Origin: a virus
Taxonomy: Duplodnaviria > Caudoviricetes
Direction: 5' to 3' (one strand)
Virus record (IMG/VR): IMGVR_UViG_3300021180_000017
Location: 1-50,546 of that record
Length of the DNA stretch: 50,546 nt
Below the pieces are notes generated by a model, which was not told the origin of the DNA, made no database searches, and worked only from the letters and a program-made list of their open reading frames with translations. The position numbers and the translations under genes are program-made. Shown one piece after another: positions 37,762 through 45,820 of the stretch (within the stretch, counting starts at the first letter, position 1; every line of letters starts with the position of its first letter).

Positions 37762-37938
37762 ATGTCAATCAAGAACTACGCTGTGTCTTCCAGCGGAGAT
37801 TTCGACACGTTAGACGAAGCCGTCGCTTACGCTTCTAGACGTGCCCAGAAGAACACCGACACCTTCCGCGTCTACAAAGCCGTGAAGGAAGTCGGTCCTA
37901 CGACACCGAACGTGATCGTCACCGACGTGACGGTCTGA
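37762..37938 (+). CDS. Small hypothetical protein (paralogue B)
   Basis: GAGGA SD before MSIKNY. FDTLDEAVAYASRRA...VYKAVKEV...PNVIV. Confidence 0.7.
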   Translation: MSIKNYAVSSSGDFDTLDEAVAYASRRAQKNTDTFRVYKAVKEVGPTTPNVIVTDVTV

Positions 37939-37984
37939 TAAGATTGGGCGGGAGATTTCGCCTCCTTTCCCTCCCGCCCATTCC

Positions 37985-39190
37985 TTAGTTTATAGACACC
38001 CCGCGAGTATCAAACCTACGGTTGGCTGGATAACAGGTGAGGGAATAAACTCAATACAGCCCTAGGGATCAGGTCCTAGACTTGCGGCAAGAGCGCACCT
38101 GTAGGACTAACCGTCCAAAGGTGTAAACTACTGAGTGTGCGCTTGGTTCCCCCAAGATACGATCGAAGGGGCAATACCTACCCGGGAGCCTAAACCGGAT
38201 ATGTATTCAGCCGGGTGGCCGGTAGAGCTGTCCGTCTTTAGCAGCAGACTGCAACGGACTGGATTAACTCAAACCACTGCTGTTGCGATACGGCGTCTGC
38301 TGAAGAGTGACGACACGTGCAATACAGCAGAGTAGACCAGACCGTGGTGTCTGGTGAAATAATAGCGTCGCGGTACGAGTGCGCCCGGTGCTGCCGGGAG
38401 TGAGCGGGACGACCATCCTGTGAATAACTCTGACCTATTGGACCGAGGGTACCGTAAGGCTTAGCGACATCCGGTTAGTCGTACTATCCGGAACTGCGAA
38501 GTACAGTGTGATGTCTGTGAGGACCAGTAGTAGTCATGGAGGGTTGAAGTCCCTTCCCCCTCGTAGAGGGGCCACGGATCAGGGTGCGAACATAAACTCA
38601 CATGTAGAGACAACTCAGCTCGAAATATCAACGGAATAGCTAGGCAAAAGAACGGCTGAAGGTTTAATCCGATCGCCGACGTGCCAGTAAGGTAAGCCCT
38701 GAACTTACCCCAGTGGTGGTCTCGACAAACCTCGACGGTGTGAAAGCCGTTTCTCTTAGGAGACTTGACATAGCGGAGGGGTAAGAAGATCAAGAGAAGT
38801 CGTTCATCCGATTGTCTATCGGACGAGGAACGCAATTCATCGTGTCGCCCCCGTCGCCAACGCGCAGAGCTAGGGAATGGGGTTATGGCTGTGGGAAACC
38901 CCCCACGTAACTGAAGAGGTGACTGTGAGTATCGCGGGTACATTGCCTTGACCTTCTCTTATACACAGAGAAACGCAACGGGATGCTAAACCGATAAACC
39001 GCACGAAAACCTGCCCTGAACCTACGACACCCCTAAATCTTCATTCACTCTGGACGAGAGTGTGCAGCATCGGCGAGAGCCGAGTAGGAGGTTGCTTATG
39101 AAGGAGACAATCGGATACATCCATGACATCCAACCACCTTAAGAGAAAGGGGTCATACACCCCTGATCTAGTCATCTACAGATGACGTAT
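37985..39190 (+). ncRNA. Candidate giant structured non-coding RNA (about 1.2 kb, family unassigned)
   Basis: No credible ORF in 1.27 kb of an otherwise gene-dense genome. Many nested helices with G-U pairs on the plus strand and a long-range pair 38000-38012 / 38926-38938. Confidence 0.75.
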
Positions 39191-39212
39191 TTATTAACAG
39201 CAGGAGAGGAAA

Positions 39213-39551
39213 ATGTGGAACCAACCATATTTCAACATGCCTCCTCAGTCTAACGGAGGCTACATCTTAGTCCCCGTCGGAGGACCCACGAGTCCGACAA
39301 ATCTTACAGATAAACCCAAGTCGTTGAAGCGGGCGTTGAAGCAAGCAATACGTGACCGTGAGACGATCGACGAGACAATCAAGTTGTTACAAGAAAAAAG
39401 TAAAGGCAAACACGGCAAGAAACCTTCAGAAGGCAGTCCGTTCAATTACGTCTACGCCAGCATGCTGATGATGTTATCAGCTCCATTCCTAGGACTGGCT
39501 GAACTGTACGGTCTGAAGATGATGCTATCGTATATCACCGCAACTCCATAA
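39213..39551 (+). CDS. Basic coiled-coil protein with C-terminal TM helix
   Basis: AGGAGAGG SD, KSLKRALKQAIRDR and hydrophobic YVYASMLMMLSAPFLGLA. Confidence 0.75.
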   Translation: MWNQPYFNMPPQSNGGYILVPVGGPTSPTNLTDKPKSLKRALKQAIRDRETIDETIKLLQEKSKGKHGKKPSEGSPFNYVYASMLMMLSAPFLGLAELYGLKMMLSYITATP

Positions 39552-39564
39552 TAGAAATCATAAT

Positions 39565-40431
39565 TTGAATATTCATACTTTAGTACAGGACATATATGAC
39601 GTCGTTGGAAGTAAACAAGGATGGTTCGACGACGCACTCGCTGAAGGATTTAGCAGAGAACTTGGACTTAAGCTTGTGGAAAAAACTAAACCACGAGACG
39701 AAGTTCCTACTCTCCGTCTATCTCAGATGGGTGAAGTCTGCCCAAAACAACTGTGGTACTCCATTCATAGCCCAGGCTCACAAGAAGACGTCCCACCCTA
39801 CGTCAAAATCAAATTCACATACGGAGATATTCTAGAAAGTCTTTTAATCGCTATGGCGAAGGCCGCCGGCCATGAAGTGACGGGAGAACAAGATGTTGTC
39901 TACGTTGATGGGATTGCCGGCCACCGTGACTGTGTTATCGACGGTTACGTTGTGGATGTCAAGTCTGCTGCTTCTCGTCCTTTTCAGGAAATCAAGAACA
40001 AAAGGATGGCTCAAGACCCTTTTCTTTCTGTTTACCTGGACCAACTTGACGGGTACTTGGTTGGGAGCGCAGATGATCCTCTGGTCAGGGTCAAAGACCG
40101 CGGTTATATCTTGGCTATTGACAAAACCTTAGGACATCTGACACTCTATGAACATACACTCAGAGATTTGCATATCCGACAAAGAATTAAAAAGTATAAA
40201 GAAATTATTAATCAAGATGTTTCCCCAGGATGCGAATGTAAAACAGTTGCTGACGGAAAGTCCGGGAATATTAAACTTGACACTAAAGCCAGCTACTCTG
40301 CCTACAAACACTGCTGTTTTCCACATCTTAGGACTTTCTTATACAGTTCAGGACCAGTCTACCTCACCAAAGTCGTGAGGAAGCCGGATGTTCCGGAAGT
40401 TGACAGAAACGGTAAAATAGTTTATAATTAA
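39565..40431 (+). CDS. PD-(D/E)XK (Cas4/RecB-like) exonuclease
   Basis: LRLSQMGEVCPKQLWY, YGDILE, GHRDCVIDGYVVDVKS and QLDGY motifs. Confidence 0.85.
   Translation: MNIHTLVQDIYDVVGSKQGWFDDALAEGFSRELGLKLVEKTKPRDEVPTLRLSQMGEVCPKQLWYSIHSPGSQEDVPPYVKIKFTYGDILESLLIAMAKAAGHEVTGEQDVVYVDGIAGHRDCVIDGYVVDVKSAASRPFQEIKNKRMAQDPFLSVYLDQLDGYLVGSADDPLVRVKDRGYILAIDKTLGHLTLYEHTLRDLHIRQRIKKYKEIINQDVSPGCECKTVADGKSGNIKLDTKASYSAYKHCCFPHLRTFLYSSGPVYLTKVVRKPDVPEVDRNGKIVYN
40400..40428 (+). promoter_or_regulatory. Consensus sigma70 promoter inside the exonuclease 3' end
   Basis: Perfect TTGACA-N17-TATAAT. Confidence 0.8.
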
Positions 40432-40440
40432 GAGGTCATT

Positions 40441-40620
40441 ATGGTTCCGAAGTGGTACAGACGTGCTAGGAGATTTATCCTCCAGCAACGTCAGACAGAA
40501 TTGCAGAAGGCAATTAAGAGATATCCGTTGTCAGAACGGTATCAGATGAGATGTGAAGAATTACTTTCAATTGAAACAGAACTCAAAGAACTCGAGGCGG
40601 AACTCGTATCTGCTTCATAA
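40441..40620 (+). CDS. Small coiled-coil protein (59 aa)
   Basis: GAGG SD, MVPKWYRRARRFILQQRQTELQK. Directly after the promoter. Confidence 0.5.
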   Translation: MVPKWYRRARRFILQQRQTELQKAIKRYPLSERYQMRCEELLSIETELKELEAELVSAS

Positions 40621-40924
40621 GTACGGTATTACTGAAGATGATTACCAAGCATTATTTCAGAAACAAAGAGGATTGTGTGGATGCTGTGGGAGGCCTGCTT
40701 CCGTATTTAAACGAAGGTTCGCACTTGACCATGACCATTCGACAGGTGAGATCAGGGGATTACTCTGTTTATTTTGTAACAGATACGTCATCGGGAGATA
40801 TCGTAGACCCGATGGAATTACGCAATTACAAAAAGCAATAAAATACCTTAATAAAAAATATACCGGATGGTTCGTACCAAAAAGAAAGAAACGCCATGTA
40901 CGACGAAGAAGTAAACATAAATAG
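40553..40924 (+). CDS. Recombination endonuclease VII family protein
   Basis: KYGITEDDY..LFQKQRGLCGCC and LDHDHSTGEIRGLLCLFCN. Confidence 0.9.
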   Translation: MKNYFQLKQNSKNSRRNSYLLHKYGITEDDYQALFQKQRGLCGCCGRPASVFKRRFALDHDHSTGEIRGLLCLFCNRYVIGRYRRPDGITQLQKAIKYLNKKYTGWFVPKRKKRHVRRRSKHK

Positions 40925-41420
40925 AATATACGACAGAATTGATGTCCAGAACGCCTTCAGCACCGGATTCTGGATTGGATGTATCTCGGCAGGTAGTATT
41001 GTCTTTCTTAGTTGTCTATTAGTAGGAATATACCTGACCTGACCGACTACGCTGCAGTTCTAGACGTATATACTTTGGAAGAACTCCTAGAACATAACGA
41101 CATAACTACCGAAGAATGTCTGGAATATCTCGTTGAAACAAGATTTGTCAAACTACCCGAAGTAGAGCCACTTGAATTTGAATGAAACACCCCAGTAATC
41201 GTAGAGAACGTATCTTAATCGCTAAAAAGAAAGCGACAAAGAAGGGAAACCACGATGACATTCGGCGGTCCGTTGTTGCAGAAGAACTCGAAGATGACAG
41301 TCAGATTCAGACCGATTGAGGACATCGAACCAATCCTTCGCACTCTCGGGTACATCCGCCCGAAAGAAACTATAATCGTAATTCCAAGTAATATCAAAAA
41401 AGAGGTAATCAGTCTAAGAG

Positions 41421-41678
41421 ATGAAAATCACAGGAGGTAAACGTGGCAATCACAATTACCCGAAAGAGAATGCCTGGGAAGACACCCCTGCTCAAGTTAA
41501 ACGACGAGAGGCACGCAACCGTGTCAGACGTCGAGCAGCAAAGGCAGGTCGTGTTCACAAGGGAGATCAACTCGAACTCGACCACGTCGGGTTCCACAGG
41601 AAAGGTTCTCTGGATCATGTCGCTGCTCGTGTTGTCAGCCGCCATGCTAATCGAATTAGACAACCGCCGAGACATTGA
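41421..41678 (+). CDS. Small HNH-like protein
   Basis: RNRVRRRAAKAGRVHKGDQLELDH...RVVSRHANR, matching the short podoviral HNH pattern. Confidence 0.7.
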   Translation: MKITGGKRGNHNYPKENAWEDTPAQVKRREARNRVRRRAAKAGRVHKGDQLELDHVGFHRKGSLDHVAARVVSRHANRIRQPPRH

Positions 41679-41745
41679 TACTTAGGTAATACCAACCGAG
41701 CTCAAGAAAGAGCTCTAACGCCACTACGTGGCTAAGGAGAAGAAA

Positions 41746-41907
41746 ATGGAAAACATCCATACAGAAGAAATCATCGACGGTGTTCATGCCGAGTTCGATC
41801 CAGTCACAGGTGAATTCCTCGGCTACAAGAAGGCCGACGAGACCGAAGTCGTCGTCCAAGCCGATGCCGATCTGACTGGTACGCCAGAAGGCGAGACAAT
41901 TCACTGA
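41746..41907 (+). CDS. Small acidic hypothetical protein (53 aa)
   Basis: AAGGAG SD, MENIHTEEIIDGVHAEFDPVTGEF. Confidence 0.6.
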   Translation: MENIHTEEIIDGVHAEFDPVTGEFLGYKKADETEVVVQADADLTGTPEGETIH

Positions 41908-42090
41908 CAGTGGTTGGTGGAGATTTTGATCCGGCGGAGCCGGGGAATCTTAGAAGCCAATCTGAAGTGAAGAGGGAGCAGCCGCCCTTAAACTTTGGGA
42001 AACGGTACTCCCTCATTAAATCATAGGTGCACGATGTGTAGTCCTAGAACACTCAAACGAAGAAACCAAAGAAAAAGAAATAGGGAGAAA

Positions 42091-42612
42091 ATGTTTACTT
42101 CTGCAAATACAAACTGGATCGGTCCTTTAGGTGGTACTGTAACCATCCCTGCACCTCTGCCTTTACCTGAGTTGCAACATAACAAGAAGGGAAAACCCAT
42201 GGACGATTATTACGATCAGCCGACTGTCGAGAACCGTCGGTTAACTTACGCCCAGAACCGTATTCAGGAAATCTTCTACGAGAAGAACGTTGAATTACGG
42301 AAGCAGTTTCATGTCGATAACGACGACGCCCCCCGTACCGGCAAGGAACTCGTGAAGCGTATCGAGGACAAGAGATTCGTCCTGAAGACGGATGAGGAAC
42401 TCCAAGGCCATGTGTTTTGGTCTATCGTTGATTACTTCATCTGGCGTGATCCTGATGCGAAAATAGACCTGGAGGGATACGACATCGCATCCGAAGATCT
42501 TAAGGCTGCGAAGTCTTCCGCCTCGGATGCAGTGACGCTGTCGGTCAACGAGGATGCACTGAAGGCTATCGAAACCTTCTCGAATTGGACCTACAAGAAG
42601 TCCAAGAAGTAA
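42091..42612 (+). CDS. Hypothetical protein, last gene of the plus arm
   Basis: GGGAG SD before MFTSANTNW. Alternative start at 42199 with AAGGG SD. Confidence 0.75.
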   Translation: MFTSANTNWIGPLGGTVTIPAPLPLPELQHNKKGKPMDDYYDQPTVENRRLTYAQNRIQEIFYEKNVELRKQFHVDNDDAPRTGKELVKRIEDKRFVLKTDEELQGHVFWSIVDYFIWRDPDAKIDLEGYDIASEDLKAAKSSASDAVTLSVNEDALKAIETFSNWTYKKSKK

Positions 42613-42634
42613 GAAGAGCATAAGCTCTCAAGAA

Positions 42635-42674
42635 TAAAGCCACCTTAGGGTTAAACCTAGGGTGGCTTTTTTTG
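42635..42674. terminator. Bidirectional intrinsic terminator between converging arms
   Basis: aaagccaccttagg-gttaaa-cctagggtggcttttttt, with an A-rich left flank and T-run right flank. Confidence 0.85.
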
Positions 42675-42698
42675 TGCCTATATGAGATCGTGACAGGA

Positions 42699-43535
42699 TT
42701 ACTCTCCTGCGAAGTAATCTCCAGTGTCTTTTTCCATATATTTATGCATCTCCATGTATCGTGAATTGGCTTCTTCTTGTGTGTTATACGAAGGAAATCT
42801 CTCTATACCTTCTTGTTCGGCTCGAACTAATGCTTCACTTGGTGAAAGAATCTTACCTTCATAAACAGAAGGAAGTACGTACGTCTTATTATTTAAATCG
42901 TATGTATTTACGAAGAGTGTACTGCGACTTGGAGGAGAAATCGGATTATTCTGATCGTAATTATTTACACCACCTGTTCCGTATAAATTAGTAAGATGTC
43001 TCTGGTAGAGATCTTGTTCCTGTTGATTCAGTTTCATAGTATCTTTAGCTACAGTAAAATTAATATTACGAGTACCTAGTTCATCGGCTAATGGAGTATC
43101 ATAAGGTTTAGGTTGAGCAAGTGTATTCTTCTCGGTCAACCAATGGTTATAACTCTCACCATTCAAAGGATTAGGATGTTCCATAATGAACTGGAGTTTA
43201 TCTGCGGAGAAGTTCTGGGATAGATAAGACGAAGCCTTACTTATGAATGACTCGTCCCGTCTGTCTTCTACGTCAGGTACAGTCGGTTGGTTCTTCTCGT
43301 ATAACTTCTGACGTTGTTCTGGAGTGCTATAATCTACTGCATTGCCTTTGTCATCGATAATAACGTTAGGATCTTCCTGACCTGACTTTTGGCCTTGGAG
43401 TGTCCTGGGGGACATCTCGTTCTTATCTTTAGTCTCAGGAGGTTCTCTGATGTTATCATCCATAGCTACATACGGCTGGGAAGCCATATGGAACGCATCT
43501 TCGTAGTAATCTCCCTTACTCGTTCCGATACTCAT
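42699..43535 (-). CDS. Hypothetical protein, last gene of the virion arm
   Basis: 278 aa, ATGA-coupled to the upstream internal virion gene. Confidence 0.75.
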   Translation of the reverse strand: MSIGTSKGDYYEDAFHMASQPYVAMDDNIREPPETKDKNEMSPRTLQGQKSGQEDPNVIIDDKGNAVDYSTPEQRQKLYEKNQPTVPDVEDRRDESFISKASSYLSQNFSADKLQFIMEHPNPLNGESYNHWLTEKNTLAQPKPYDTPLADELGTRNINFTVAKDTMKLNQQEQDLYQRHLTNLYGTGGVNNYDQNNPISPPSRSTLFVNTYDLNNKTYVLPSVYEGKILSPSEALVRAEQEGIERFPSYNTQEEANSRYMEMHKYMEKDTGDYFAGE

Positions 43536-45820
43536 GGGATACCAAACGTCGGTGAACCACCAATGTTACCAGCCCCGGCAGGACGTTCTTTACTTCGTCC
43601 TTCCTCTGCAGGAGGTGTGAATTTCAGTCCGGTCTTTCCTTCAAGATTTTGTCTGCTTGTGGCTATCGCCTTCAACATCTGCTGAGACGCAATGCTAGTC
43701 ATACCTGAGTGTTCTAAGACACCAATCAAATACGAGTTGACGTCTCCGCCGAATTCCTTCTGGACTCCTGCTAATTGTTTAATCCCGACATTCATATCAT
43801 CAAGATGGTGTTTCACGCTAGACAGATATGTCTGTTCGATAGGTGTGGCAGCCCTGGTGACTTCTCTATTCTTTCCGTCGAGGAGTAACACACGAGGTCC
43901 TTTCTCATCGTTGTCCCACCCGAGATGGATCTCACCTAACTTGGCTGTAGTATTCGGAAGGGCCTGTCCTTGGAGAATGTCATTCACAGAATGGATAGTC
44001 TCGGAGAATATCTTCTGTCCGAATTCATACTCCAGAAGATCCTTGTAATTCTTCTGAATATTAGGATCTTGAGTTTCCTTCACACCCTTGACTACAGCAG
44101 GGTTGGTAAAGACGTTGAAGATACTCTCCCGTCCTGGGATCTTCCTGTTCTGACTGTCCCAGACGTCTAACTCGAAGTTAGACAACGTCCCTCTGTTACG
44201 TGGATTGAAGAAATACTCTGCGATGTTTTTCTTGCCTTCAAGTTCTTCTTTGTTCTTCGCGGGCGTAGCCAGAAGATTGATGTTGTCTAACAATCTATCG
44301 AAATACCTAGTCTCAGGAGGAACAGGCCTACCGTCAGAAGTCACCCTGCCATCCTTGGCGTCTGCGACGTCATCCTTAAACGACGGGACGGGTTGTCCCG
44401 GGATAGGACCGGCAGCGGCGGCTATAGTCTTGTTAGCCAGAAGATTCTTAAACACGACGTCGACATCAGCCTTCAAAGCCTGGGTAGTGACGAGGTTAGT
44501 CCAGTTAGGACCTGTATGGGTGTTCATCCAGTCAATCATATTCAACTGTTTATTGGCAGGATCGGTGATGACTGCATTATCGAGATCGGCCCGAACACGT
44601 TGGTTGACTGTCGCCGTAAAGACGGCAGTTCCGGTCTTGTCGTTAGTGATACTGTCTTTTACGACATCATACCGACGAAGAAGGTTAGTCTTCAACGCGT
44701 TGAATTTCTCACTCCCCATCGCGGCTTCGTAAGAGGTAGTCGCTATACTTCCGTCTGACTTCTTGTAACGAAGAGGTTGTTGCCCCATCGCTATCAACCG
44801 ACTTTCCATCTCAGCCCGTTGGGCTGCGATATTCAAGGCAGCCGCTTGCATCTTCGAACTATCAATTCTTCCGCCGACTCCTACGGCCTTGTCGTTGACC
44901 ATCTTCTCTATCTGGGCAGGAGTATCCACGTTGGCTCTCATGCTGGCGGCAGACCAGGCGGCGTTGACTTCGCTCTCACCCTTCAAAGTGAAGGCTTTTT
45001 CTAATTTACGACCGACTTGTTCGTCTGAATTCTTATCGAGTGTCAATCCCTGCTCGATCTCACCAATCTTATACGTATTGCTTTTGACGGCGTTGATCCA
45101 CTTCAACGCACCTGCGGTATCCCCTGTGGATTGGAAGTGGGCGATGGCATCGACGGCACCGGGGGTTCCCGCTGCGTTAGCCGACATGAGTTCCTTCAAA
45201 ACCATATCTGGAAACTTCTGAGCAGCAGTCCTGCCGGCGTTGATGTCTTGCATCAGGTTGGTGATGTACTCCTTAGCAGGATTAATCCCAGTAATATGAT
45301 GGATTTCCTCGTCGATGTAATCTCTATAGCCGGGATATTTCGTTCGAAGATTCTTCGCAAGGGCAGTCAGCTGAGCGGTATAGTACGTATCGTTGATCTT
45401 ACCGCCATCTCTGGCGTTAGATATAGTCTGGATACGACTTATCCCGTCGTCTACTCCGTCAGGTATATCAGCCTGGGCGTTGGCATCCATTAGACTCTTC
45501 TGGTCAGGAGTGATCCTCACGGATTGTCCTGCGGCACCCACAGTCTGTACCGGCTGGGGGATGACAGACGGATCAGGAGTCTGTGTCTTCAATATCTGTG
45601 TGAAGATATCTTGGATGGCGTCGGAACCCTCTGCGGCTTCGTTCTTAGCACTCGTCTTGACAAACTTATCGGCTATCTCGGCCAATCCACCTACGGCTTC
45701 TCCGATGGCTTTACCCACGAATTCACCACGTTGATTGGCAGCCGGGGCTGTCGCACTCTTGCTGTAGTTTAGATAGTTAGGATCTTGTCCGGGTTGTTCA
45801 GGGTTAAATACTGCCATCAC
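43532..45820 (-). CDS. Internal virion protein
   Basis: 762 aa, Ala-rich and helical, coupled to the giant internal protein gene. Confidence 0.7.
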   Translation of the reverse strand: MMAVFNPEQPGQDPNYLNYSKSATAPAANQRGEFVGKAIGEAVGGLAEIADKFVKTSAKNEAAEGSDAIQDIFTQILKTQTPDPSVIPQPVQTVGAAGQSVRITPDQKSLMDANAQADIPDGVDDGISRIQTISNARDGGKINDTYYTAQLTALAKNLRTKYPGYRDYIDEEIHHITGINPAKEYITNLMQDINAGRTAAQKFPDMVLKELMSANAAGTPGAVDAIAHFQSTGDTAGALKWINAVKSNTYKIGEIEQGLTLDKNSDEQVGRKLEKAFTLKGESEVNAAWSAASMRANVDTPAQIEKMVNDKAVGVGGRIDSSKMQAAALNIAAQRAEMESRLIAMGQQPLRYKKSDGSIATTSYEAAMGSEKFNALKTNLLRRYDVVKDSITNDKTGTAVFTATVNQRVRADLDNAVITDPANKQLNMIDWMNTHTGPNWTNLVTTQALKADVDVVFKNLLANKTIAAAAGPIPGQPVPSFKDDVADAKDGRVTSDGRPVPPETRYFDRLLDNINLLATPAKNKEELEGKKNIAEYFFNPRNRGTLSNFELDVWDSQNRKIPGRESIFNVFTNPAVVKGVKETQDPNIQKNYKDLLEYEFGQKIFSETIHSVNDILQGQALPNTTAKLGEIHLGWDNDEKGPRVLLLDGKNREVTRAATPIEQTYLSSVKHHLDDMNVGIKQLAGVQKEFGGDVNSYLIGVLEHSGMTSIASQQMLKAIATSRQNLEGKTGLKFTPPAEEGRSKERPAGAGNIGGSPTFGIP

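Noticed and set aside
38536-38572. tRNA suggested by the T-arm-like GAGGGTTGAAGTCCCTTC
   Set aside because: No matching acceptor stem, D-arm, anticodon arm or CCA could be built.
38135-38943. ORFs 38135-38335 (+) and 38461-38943 (-) as genes
   Set aside because: No SD, unnatural composition, and the longer one is antisense to the arm. Better explained as chance frames in a structured RNA.
37985-39190. Group I/II intron, RNase P RNA or tmRNA identity for the large RNA
   Set aside because: No interrupted gene, and by eye no group II domain V, group I S-element, RNase P GAGGAAAGUCC or tmRNA ends. A covariance-model search is still needed to exclude these.
39565-40431. Cas4-like gene as evidence of a CRISPR-Cas system
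   Set aside because: No array or other cas genes were seen. Standalone PD-(D/E)XK exonucleases are normal in such replication modules.
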